Origin: Planctomycetota bacterium
GTDB taxonomy: Bacteria > Planctomycetota > Phycisphaerae > Phycisphaerales > UBA1924
Direction: 5' to 3'
Assembly: GCA_038747915.1 (NCBI GenBank)
Contig: JBCDJJ010000003.1
Span: 19,740-83,739, forward strand
DNA length: 64,000 bases
Below are positions 20,880 through 28,599 of the stretch, piece after piece. Position 1 is the first letter of the stretch; each line of letters starts with the position of its first letter. The notes under the pieces were generated by a model. That model had not been told where the DNA came from, made no database searches, and saw only the letters and a program-made list of their open reading frames with translations. The position numbers and the translations under genes were made by a program.

Positions 20880-23324
20880 TCAGGCGGCTTCGCGTTCGGC
20901 GCTGTCGTCCTCGGGGAGCTCGGCCACGGCATCGGTTTCGGCATCGGTGGGATCGCCCGGTGTGCCCGGTCCTGGTGGGTCATCCGGCGCCTCGCGCCGG
21001 GCGATGGCAGCGAGGCGGGCTCGGTCGAGCAGCGCGGTGGGATCAAGCACGAGCCAGACCTGGCCGTTGTCGCCGAGGCAGGCACTGGCGACGAGGTCGC
21101 AGTGAGCGAGCCCGTCCTCGATGTGCTCGAGCACGAGCTCTTGCTGACCGAGCACGGTGGTCACGAGCGCCGCAGCGAGCGCATCGTTCTCGCCCATGAG
21201 CAGCGCGACCGCTGGCGAGGAGTCGGGCTCGCCGGCGAGAATCGCGGGGAGGTCGATCACGGAGAAGATTTCTTCGCGGACGCGGAGTGCCGGTTCGCCG
21301 CCGCAGGTATGGAGGCCGTGGTCGTCGACGCGGACGATCTCGCGGATCGCCGAGAGCGGCACAGCGTATCGCGCGCCGCCGATATCGATGACCATGGCGT
21401 CAACCACCGCCCCGCGGACGGGGACCGCGAACGAGACGCACAGCCCACCATCGTCGGCCGCGCCGCATGAGATGCTCACGCCCATCGCTTCGAGCGAGTC
21501 GGCGGCGAGCTTGAGCGGGTGATCCTCGTTTCGCGGGTCGAGTTCGAGGATGGCCTCGGGGAGACCTTTGCCATCATCGGTGATTGTGAAGCGGATCCGG
21601 CTTCCTTCGCTGTGGACCGCGACCTGGATGGTGCCCTGCTCGGGTTTGTCCGCGGTGGCCCGCTCGTCGGTGGTTTCGATGGACGTGGTCGCGCTGTAGC
21701 GGAGAATCTGCAGCAATGCCTCGGCGAATAGCTGGGTGTCGAAGCGATCGATCGGGATCGAACCGCCGATGGTGTTCACGACCACCTCGCGGTCGTTGAT
21801 GCGTGACAGGTCGGTGACCAGCGTGCCGAAGCCCTCGATCGTGTTCCCGATCGGCGCGGTCCTCATAATCTGGACTGCTTGCTGAAGCGTTCGCGTGAGG
21901 CGGTCGACCTCGGCGGTACACCGGTTGAGTTTCTGGCGTGTCTCCTCTGGGGCGCTTTGACTCATCTCGAGCATGGTCTGCGTCGCGAGTCGGAGCATGT
22001 TCTTGGCAACGACGAGCTGGCGTGTCGCATCGATCACGCCGCTCAGTTCAGGATGTGTGATATCGATCGTGGCGTCATGAGACTCGTGGGTGGCGGCGCT
22101 GCCGTGGGGCCCATCATCCGTGGATCCCGATGCGGCGGCCTCGGCCGCGATTTCGTCGAGTCGATCGAGATCGGGCAGCTCTTCAAAGGTTTCGACGACA
22201 CCGTCCAGTTCGAGGACGCGGTCGGGATCGTTGCGATGCCACGCGGTGAGCACGGGGTGCATCGTCTCGCCATTCAGCAGGGTCTCGATCCGCTCGGCGA
22301 ATCGGTTGAGTGGCCATCGGGTTTCCATGCCCACGCGCAAGCCGCTCGCGAGCTGCTCGATGAGTGCTTCGGCGGCGCGGACCCGGACGGTCAGATCGGG
22401 TATCGCTCCGTCTTGCACCGCAAGGGCCCGAACGGCGACCGATGCCAGGGTCTCGAGCAACTGCTTCAGGCTCGGGAACCCGAAGTGATCGGCGGTACGC
22501 ATGAGCCCGTCGGTCATCTCTCGGAGCGACTCGCACGCGTCCTTGCGCGATGAGAGCGCCGCCATGCGCTCCGCGAGTTCGTCGAGCTTCGTCGCGCTCT
22601 CCGAGAGCTCGATCGCGAGGAACTGCACCAGCTCCATCTGTGCGGTGTCGAGTGTGAGGGGGACAGTCCCCCAGTCTTCGGCGTCGTTCGAGCCATCGTC
22701 GTCCCCGGCGTCGTCCGCCATCATGGCAGCGACTTGCTCGGGTGTGAGCATCATCGGCCCACCGCTGGAGAGCGTTGCAGCGGGGTCGGCGTCGACCGGC
22801 GCTGGTGCGGGCTCGGCATCCGCCGGTGGGTCGACCGTGGGAGGATCAACCGCGGATTCCTCAAGATCGGTGTCGGCCGGTGTGCCGTCCGGTTCCTCGG
22901 ATATGAGGTCGGACGCCGACTCGGTAACGGGGGCCTCCTCGGCGACCGACTCGGGTGTCGTATCGATTGTCTCCGGCGCCTCAGCGATCTCTGGCGCCTC
23001 GGTTGTCTCATCGGATGCGGGGAACTCGGATGCGCCAGCGTCCGGTTCGCGCTTGTCGGCGCTGACCTCGTCCGGTTCGTGAGGGTCCTCTGCCGGGGTT
23101 GCCGGATCTGGCGTGGACTCGTCGGTCGGCGCTTCTGGTGGTGTCAGATCGATGGGGTCAACGACCGATTCATCTGTCGCGGGTGCATCCGATGAATCGC
23201 TTGCATCGGGCGGTGCGCCGTCTGCCTGAGGGTCGACTGGCGTCATCTCGGCCGGCGCATCGATCGCCTTGTTGGGCGCGGGCACGTCGGGTGCGGCACC
23301 GTCGGGTGTCGGCGTTTCGCTCAT
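20880..23324 (-). CDS. CheA-like histidine kinase (HPt - HATPase_c - CheW-like) with a roughly 230-aa acidic Pro/Asp/Glu-rich N-terminal extension
   Basis: HPt-like helix region ELVQFLAIELSESATKLDEL, CheA-type kinase core GSRIRFTITDDGKGLP, and C-terminal CheW-like VVDAMVIDIGGARYAVPLSAIREI. No receiver domain, and no cheY/cheW/MCP genes nearby. Confidence 0.8.
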   Translation of the reverse strand: MSETPTPDGAAPDVPAPNKAIDAPAEMTPVDPQADGAPPDASDSSDAPATDESVVDPIDLTPPEAPTDESTPDPATPAEDPHEPDEVSADKREPDAGASEFPASDETTEAPEIAEAPETIDTTPESVAEEAPVTESASDLISEEPDGTPADTDLEESAVDPPTVDPPADAEPAPAPVDADPAATLSSGGPMMLTPEQVAAMMADDAGDDDGSNDAEDWGTVPLTLDTAQMELVQFLAIELSESATKLDELAERMAALSSRKDACESLREMTDGLMRTADHFGFPSLKQLLETLASVAVRALAVQDGAIPDLTVRVRAAEALIEQLASGLRVGMETRWPLNRFAERIETLLNGETMHPVLTAWHRNDPDRVLELDGVVETFEELPDLDRLDEIAAEAAASGSTDDGPHGSAATHESHDATIDITHPELSGVIDATRQLVVAKNMLRLATQTMLEMSQSAPEETRQKLNRCTAEVDRLTRTLQQAVQIMRTAPIGNTIEGFGTLVTDLSRINDREVVVNTIGGSIPIDRFDTQLFAEALLQILRYSATTSIETTDERATADKPEQGTIQVAVHSEGSRIRFTITDDGKGLPEAILELDPRNEDHPLKLAADSLEAMGVSISCGAADDGGLCVSFAVPVRGAVVDAMVIDIGGARYAVPLSAIREIVRVDDHGLHTCGGEPALRVREEIFSVIDLPAILAGEPDSSPAVALLMGENDALAAALVTTVLGQQELVLEHIEDGLAHCDLVASACLGDNGQVWLVLDPTALLDRARLAAIARREAPDDPPGPGTPGDPTDAETDAVAELPEDDSAEREAA

Positions 23325-23672
23325 GTGCGTGTTCCAGTGGACGCGTCGATCAACAGTTCGGACAGAGAGCAGCATCGGTCGGCGCCGGATCAACGAACCA
23401 GTGCGAATCCCATCGCGGCGCGCCTCAAGATTGATTGTGATGATCGCACACCGTTTCGAGTGCGCCCGTCCCTGCAACCGGTGGGCCGCGGGTTGGGTCG
23501 TAGCGAAATCTCGGTGCGGCCCTGGATCAAATCGAAATCAAGCGCGGGAAGTCAGTGAGAGAGGCGGTCGATATCGCTCGCGGCGTTGCCGGCGTGTTGC
23601 CGCGCGGCGCACTCCGCCGGCTCGCGTGAGTTGGGGAGCACAGCACTGGCAGCACTGCAAGGAGCCAGAACC
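23325..23672. promoter_or_regulatory. Divergent intergenic region between the cheA-like gene and gvpA (putative shared promoter/operator region)
   Basis: 348-nt non-coding gap between divergent starts. AGGAG SD sits 8 nt upstream of the gvpA ATG. Confidence 0.3.
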
Positions 23673-23888
23673 ATGGCCAAGGTTCAGAAGACGACGGACT
23701 CCTCGTCGCTGGCGGAAGTCGTGGATCGCATCCTCGACAAAGGCATCGTGATCGATGCCTTCGCCAAGGTTTCGCTGGTCGGCATCGAGCTCGTCTCGGT
23801 CGAGGCCCGCGTGGTGATCGCATCCGTCGAGACGTACCTCAAGTACGCCGAGGCGATCGGTCTGACCACATCGGCGACCGCTGTCTGA
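23673..23888 (+). CDS. gvpA: Gas vesicle structural protein GvpA
   Basis: 71 aa: [63 protein letters not shown]. This is a canonical GvpA sequence. Confidence 0.9.
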   Translation: MAKVQKTTDSSSLAEVVDRILDKGIVIDAFAKVSLVGIELVSVEARVVIASVETYLKYAEAIGLTTSATAV

Positions 23889-23944
23889 GGACGGCGACGA
23901 TCGCGCGCGGTTGTTCGGTTCTCCCCGCCGTGCCGCCGCGCTCC

Positions 23945-23977
23945 CCGACGGAGCCTGCGCTCCGCACACTCCGTCGG
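23945..23977 (+). terminator. Hairpin downstream of gvpA (candidate attenuator/partial terminator)
   Basis: 9-bp inverted repeat CCGACGGAG ... CTCCGTCGG with a 15-nt loop, followed by CGTTCGTCC. A gvpA-proximal attenuator would fit the usual excess of GvpA transcript (inference). Confidence 0.25.
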
Positions 23978-24009
23978 CGTTCGTCCCCGCACCCATCGGC
24001 GAGCCTCGC

Positions 24010-24786
24010 ATGAGCGAGTCATCACACCACACCGACTCGGTGGGCGATCTGCTCGCGCGGGTCCGCGCCGAGCGGCTCCGCGCCGCCCAGCAGGCTGCCG
24101 AGCAGCGGCGAGCCTTTCTTGCTGAGCTTCGCAGCAGCGTCGAATCGATCCGGCAGGATGTTCGCGCGGTGGTCGACCGAGCCGCCGAGGACCCGCCCGT
24201 CGTCGAGGAAGCAGCACCAGAGACGGCATCAATGGCATCCGACGCTCAGCCATCCGAGCCACCGATCCTGAACCAGCACATGACCCAGGAGGAGTACCCC
24301 ATGCCGAAGCACACGAAGTCGTCGGCCGCTGCTAAAGAGCAGTTCTTCTCATCCCCCGAGGTGTCCGACGCCTCGGGAGCCGCCGAGGCCCCGGTCGAGT
24401 CACCCAAGAAACGGTTCTACAGCTCTCCCGATGTCGCTGCGATTGATATCGAGGCGGCCGAGCCGATTGATGCTGCCAACTCGCCGAAGCAGCAGTTCTT
24501 CTCGGCCCCGGCGGTTGGTGGTGCCGGCACAGCGCCGACGGCCGCTCCGGACCCTGCGCCGAGCAGCCCGAAGTCGGCATTCTTCTCATCACCCCCGGTC
24601 GGTGGTCAGGCGACGAGCGGTGACGCGACAGCGAAGCAGCAGTTCTTTCGTTCGCCGAGCGTTGACGGTGGCTCGGCCCCATCGACCGACTCGCCGAAGT
24701 CATCGTTCTTCTCCTCTCCGCAGGTTGGTGACTCGGTCGAGCCACCCCGCGACGAGAAGGGACGATTCGTCTCCAAGGTGGCCTGA
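24010..24786 (+). CDS. Repeat protein with six copies of a K-x-x-F-F-S-S-P-x-V motif (GvpC-position protein, novel)
   Basis: N-terminal helical domain DLLARVRAERLRAAQQAAEQRRAFLAELRSSVESIRQD. Repeats KEQFFSSPEV, KKRFYSSPDV, KQQFFSAPAV, KSAFFSSPPV, KQQFFRSPSV and KSSFFSSPQV occur about every 25 aa. Confidence 0.6.
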   Translation: MSESSHHTDSVGDLLARVRAERLRAAQQAAEQRRAFLAELRSSVESIRQDVRAVVDRAAEDPPVVEEAAPETASMASDAQPSEPPILNQHMTQEEYPMPKHTKSSAAAKEQFFSSPEVSDASGAAEAPVESPKKRFYSSPDVAAIDIEAAEPIDAANSPKQQFFSAPAVGGAGTAPTAAPDPAPSSPKSAFFSSPPVGGQATSGDATAKQQFFRSPSVDGGSAPSTDSPKSSFFSSPQVGDSVEPPRDEKGRFVSKVA

Positions 24787-24810
24787 TCCTGTGGCAAAGG
24801 GACAGACACG

Positions 24811-25662
24811 ATGAGCACCGACACCGGATCATCGCGCAACCCGGACCTCTCACGCCGGGTTGCTGACCTGCTCGCCGAGGCACGCCAGGCCCGGCTGGCC
24901 GCGAGCCGTCTCGCCTCCAACGCGCGCCGCGAGGCGCTCGCTGCGATTCGCGAGGAGGTGAGCACAATCCGCTCAGCGAGCGCCGAGGCACTCGCTCGTC
25001 CGGCCACGGAGGCGGTGCCGACAACGGACACGATCGATGTGCCGGTTGACCAAGAGGCCCCGTCGTCTGCGTTGTCAGACGATGTGAGCTCGCCGATCGC
25101 TGGTGAGGATGCAGCCGTTGAGCACGAGGCATCGACGCCTGAAGCGCCCGCGATCCTCGACCCACCTGCGGCGATCGAGTCACCCGCGGTCCCCGAGACG
25201 CCCACTATCCCTGAGTCACCCGCGGTCTCCGAGGCGCCTGTGGTTGCCGAAGCGCCCGCGGCATCCGCGGTACCGACACCGGTCTCCGGGCCGGTTCCGC
25301 CGGCCGAGACACCCGTCGAGCGTGAGGTGTCATCGCCGGAGCCTCCCACACCGCCGGCGTTGCCGGCGCGTGCAGCGAGCGCGCCTTCCGGCGAATCACC
25401 GCCATCAGAAGATCTCAGGGATGAGACCATCTGGGCACTTCCCGAGGTCGCGCCTATCCCGATGAACGCGTCCGCACCATCGCGGCACGCGTCGCCACCT
25501 GTTGCCGCAAACGATTCCCCCGCGCCCAAGACGCCGGCCTCGTCCGAAGATGCGCCGACGGATCCGGGCGCGATCCCATCGCCGCAGACGCTGCCCCCGC
25601 CGTCGGGCCCGTCGGTAATGCCCGCCCCGCCGGCGACGCTTCCACCGATGAAGCGCGCATGA
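24811..25662 (+). CDS. Pro/Ala/Glu-rich low-complexity protein with an N-terminal helical domain paralogous to 24010..24786
   Basis: N-terminus VADLLAEARQARLAASRLASNARREALAAIREEVSTIRS is homologous to the neighbour. It is followed by PESPAVPETPTIPESPAVSEAPVVAEAPA-type repeats. Confidence 0.55.
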   Translation: MSTDTGSSRNPDLSRRVADLLAEARQARLAASRLASNARREALAAIREEVSTIRSASAEALARPATEAVPTTDTIDVPVDQEAPSSALSDDVSSPIAGEDAAVEHEASTPEAPAILDPPAAIESPAVPETPTIPESPAVSEAPVVAEAPAASAVPTPVSGPVPPAETPVEREVSSPEPPTPPALPARAASAPSGESPPSEDLRDETIWALPEVAPIPMNASAPSRHASPPVAANDSPAPKTPASSEDAPTDPGAIPSPQTLPPPSGPSVMPAPPATLPPMKRA

Positions 25663-25805
25663 TGCAGGCAGCGGAGCGCGGCGCCCCCCGCTTTGGGCGG
25701 GAGCCCCGCACAGCCGGATCATGATCGAGCCCGAAGTGAAGACGTTTGGATGAAGCGTCGCGGCGCCGCTCCACTTGTGCCGGTCCGCTGCCGATAACGG
25801 TCGCC

Positions 25806-26795
25806 ATGACCAACGTCGAATCCGAATCCGCGGTCCGGCGCACCCACGCCATCGAGTTCGAGGCCTCCGAGGACTTCGTGCTCACCGCCGAGGTGCAGGC
25901 GATCACCGAGCGAGCCCTGGCGTACCTTGCGGCGGGCTACGGCATTCATCTCGCGGGCCCGGCTGGAACGGGAAAGACAACGCTCGCGTTTCATATCGCG
26001 GCGCAGCTCGGCAACCCGATCACGCTCGTGCACGGCAATGATGAGTTCGGCAGCTCCGACCTCGTCGGCCGTGACACGGGCTACGCGCGCTCGAGCGTGG
26101 TCGACAACTTCATCCACTCGGTGCTCAAGACCGAGGAGCGGGTTGACATCGCCTGGTCGGACAATCGGCTGACCACCTGCTGCGAGCAGGGGCACACGCT
26201 GGTGTACGACGAGTTCAACCGGACGAGCCCCGAGGCCAACAACATCCTGCTGAGCGTGCTCGAGGAGGGCATTCTCGATCTCCCGCGGTCCGACGGCGGC
26301 GAGCAGTACCTCGAGGTGCACCCGAACTTTCGTTGCATCCTGACATCTAATCCTGAGGAGTACGCCGGTGTACATCGGACGCAGGATGCGCTGCTCGACC
26401 GTGTCGTGACGCTCGATGTCGGTCATTACGATGAGGAGACCGAGACGCGGATCACCGCGGCCAAATCAAATCTGGACCTTGTTGATGCGGCCACCATTGT
26501 GGAGTTGGTCCGCACCATGCGGCAGGTGGGCGAGAGCCCGACACGCCCGACGATCCGGGCCGCCATCGCGATCGCACGTGTGTGCGCTGCCAGGGGGGCC
26601 AGCATCGATGCACACGACCGGTTCTTCCGCGCGGTCTGTCATGATGTGCTGCTCGGCGCACTGCGCACGGGCGGGTCCGGCCGCGGGGTGACCGCGAAGA
26701 AACTCGATGAGCTGATCGATCTCGTGCGGCAGGCTCGGGCGGTGGCCCCGCCGAAGCGGCTCGAGCGCACGGAGGCACGCGATGCGGCGGCATGA
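25806..26795 (+). CDS. gvpN: Gas vesicle protein GvpN (AAA+ ATPase)
   Basis: Walker A GPAGTGKTTLAFHIAAQLGNPITLVHGNDEFGSSDLVGRDTGY. GvpN/CbbQ-type AAA. Confidence 0.85.
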   Translation: MTNVESESAVRRTHAIEFEASEDFVLTAEVQAITERALAYLAAGYGIHLAGPAGTGKTTLAFHIAAQLGNPITLVHGNDEFGSSDLVGRDTGYARSSVVDNFIHSVLKTEERVDIAWSDNRLTTCCEQGHTLVYDEFNRTSPEANNILLSVLEEGILDLPRSDGGEQYLEVHPNFRCILTSNPEEYAGVHRTQDALLDRVVTLDVGHYDEETETRITAAKSNLDLVDAATIVELVRTMRQVGESPTRPTIRAAIAIARVCAARGASIDAHDRFFRAVCHDVLLGALRTGGSGRGVTAKKLDELIDLVRQARAVAPPKRLERTEARDAAA

Positions 26796-26825
26796 GTCGA
26801 CGCGATCGCCCCAAGGACGCCTGGC

Positions 26826-27152
26826 ATGAGCGGACCACCACGCGGACTCAACTCGATCAAGACAGCGGCGGGCGCCCGCGGCCGCGGTGCGCGTCTCTCG
26901 TCGATCTACTCGCGCATCCTGACGCTCGAACTCGAGCACGAGCGGCGCGCCATGGAGCGAGAGAACGCCATGCGCCGCGTGAGTTCCGCGGAGATCCGTA
27001 TGAAGCGGATCGAGGCCGAACTCGCGGCCCTTCGCGACCTCGCCGACAGCGCGGCCCGTGACACGGACGCGGCAGACCTTCGTACAGCGGAGATCCGCGA
27101 TGTCAAGCCTGTTGTGATGACCAAGCCCGATCGCGTCCGCCACCGGTACTGA
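26826..27152 (+). CDS. Hypothetical coiled-coil protein (GvpO-position)
   Basis: 108 aa, charged and helical: ELEHERRAMERENAMRRVSSAEIRMKRIEAELAALRDLAD. AAGGA SD 7 nt upstream. Confidence 0.45.
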   Translation: MSGPPRGLNSIKTAAGARGRGARLSSIYSRILTLELEHERRAMERENAMRRVSSAEIRMKRIEAELAALRDLADSAARDTDAADLRTAEIRDVKPVVMTKPDRVRHRY

Positions 27153-27169
27153 ACACGAGAGCGAACCAC

Positions 27170-27487
27170 ATGAAGATCAACTGCATCCACTGCGGGCACA
27201 ACTTCTCGATCGATGCCGCGTACGACGACTACGAGGGTCTCGTCCGGTGTTCGACGTGTGGGGGCTTGCTCGAGATCAAGACATCCAGCGGTGCGTTGCG
27301 CGCCGTTCGCCCCGGCGCCATCCATGGCTCGGCACAACATGCGCCCGCCGAGACATCAACGACCGATCCCGAGGTTGAGCAGATGCGCCGTGAACTCGAG
27401 CGTCTGACGGCGGAGGTCCGCGAGGCGGCAGCGGAGGCGGTCCCGGCTCCCGAGTCGCCGTCGGGCCGTGCGGTCAAGCCGCTCTAA
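27170..27487 (+). CDS. Zinc-ribbon protein
   Basis: 105 aa, with CxxC...CxxC: MKINCIHCGHNF...VRCSTCGGLLEI. Confidence 0.5.
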   Translation: MKINCIHCGHNFSIDAAYDDYEGLVRCSTCGGLLEIKTSSGALRAVRPGAIHGSAQHAPAETSTTDPEVEQMRRELERLTAEVREAAAEAVPAPESPSGRAVKPL

Positions 27488-27536
27488 TGTGATTCATGAA
27501 CTGGCAGGTCACCCCAGCGAGTACGAGCGAGAACCG

Positions 27537-28364
27537 ATGAGCGACGAATTGCATGGCCTGTACTTCTACGGCATCGCACGCGGCGCCACCGTGGCTGAGC
27601 AACTCGCTGGGGCGCCGAGCGGCCTCGACGGGCGCCCGGTGTTCGCGGTTGTTGCGGGCGCACTCGCAGCGATCGTCAGCCTTGCGCCGGATGGCCGTCT
27701 CCGCCCGCAGCGTCGGGCGCTCGGCGCCCATCAGAGCGTGCTCAAGCACATCGGTGCACGCGGGCCAGCTCTGCCGGCATCGTTCGGCGTGATCGCGCCG
27801 AGCAGCGGGGGGCTCGCAGCGGTGCTGCGGGCCAATGCGGACACACTCGACGAGCAGCTCACAGAGACCGCGGGGTGTGTCGAGATGGGTGTGAAGCTCC
27901 GATGGGACGTCGACAACGTATTCGCCGACTTCGTCGATCGGTACGAGGTGCTCCGTGAGGCGCGCGTGGGTATCGCTGAGGGAGCGGCCAGCCGGGACGA
28001 ACTCATCGAGATCGGTCAGTTGTTCGAGCGGCTACAGGGCACCGAGCGCGACGAGGCACTCGCTGCGGTCCGTGGCACGATCGACACGGCCGCGCGCCGG
28101 GTCGTCGCCAACCCGCCGCGAAGCGAGAACGAGGTGCTGAACATCGCGTGCCTGGTTGAGCGCGACCGCGAAGACGGATTCGATGCAGCGGTGCAGCGGG
28201 CCGCGGAGTCGTTCGATGAACGGTTCGCCTTCGAGATTAGTGGGCCATGGCCGCCGTTCAACTTCGTCTCCCTCCGTCTCGAGTTCGATCACGATGCCTC
28301 GGGCGACGAGGCGGCGTTCGAGGTGATCGGTGAGCCGCACGTCGAAGTGAGCGAGGCCGCCTGA
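27537..28364 (+). CDS. gvpF: Gas vesicle protein GvpF/GvpL family
   Basis: LYFYGIARG...HQSVLKHI...PASFGVIAP, the GvpL_GvpF fold signature. Confidence 0.8.
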   Translation: MSDELHGLYFYGIARGATVAEQLAGAPSGLDGRPVFAVVAGALAAIVSLAPDGRLRPQRRALGAHQSVLKHIGARGPALPASFGVIAPSSGGLAAVLRANADTLDEQLTETAGCVEMGVKLRWDVDNVFADFVDRYEVLREARVGIAEGAASRDELIEIGQLFERLQGTERDEALAAVRGTIDTAARRVVANPPRSENEVLNIACLVERDREDGFDAAVQRAAESFDERFAFEISGPWPPFNFVSLRLEFDHDASGDEAAFEVIGEPHVEVSEAA

Positions 28365-28594
28365 TGTTCATCGTCGACGACATCCTGTTCTCTCCCGCGA
28401 AGGGCTTCATGTGGATCATGCGCGAGCTGCACAAGGCGGCGAGTCAGGAGCTCGAGTCCGAGGCGGACCGCATTACAGCGGAGCTCTCGAGTCTGTACAT
28501 GCGGCTCGAGACCGGTGAGATCACCGAGGACGAGTTCGACGAGCGCGAGACCGAGCTGCTCGACCGCCTAGACGAGCTGCAGGCAGAGGAGTAG
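28364..28594 (+). CDS. gvpG: Gas vesicle protein GvpG
   Basis: MFIVDDILFSPAKGFMWIMRELHKAA. Its start overlaps the stop of gvpF (TGATG). Confidence 0.75.
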   Translation: MFIVDDILFSPAKGFMWIMRELHKAASQELESEADRITAELSSLYMRLETGEITEDEFDERETELLDRLDELQAEE

Positions 28595-28599
28595 GCACG

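Noticed and set aside
20078-20880. tRNA-Ala as a possible genomic-island boundary for the gvp/PYP region
   Set aside because: No integrase, no direct repeat of the tRNA 3' end found by eye, and GC content of the gvp region matches the flanks. The 3' end of the tRNA points away from the gvp locus.
21879-22553. Plus-strand ORFs within 20.9-23.4 kb
   Set aside because: Antisense to the CheA-like kinase.
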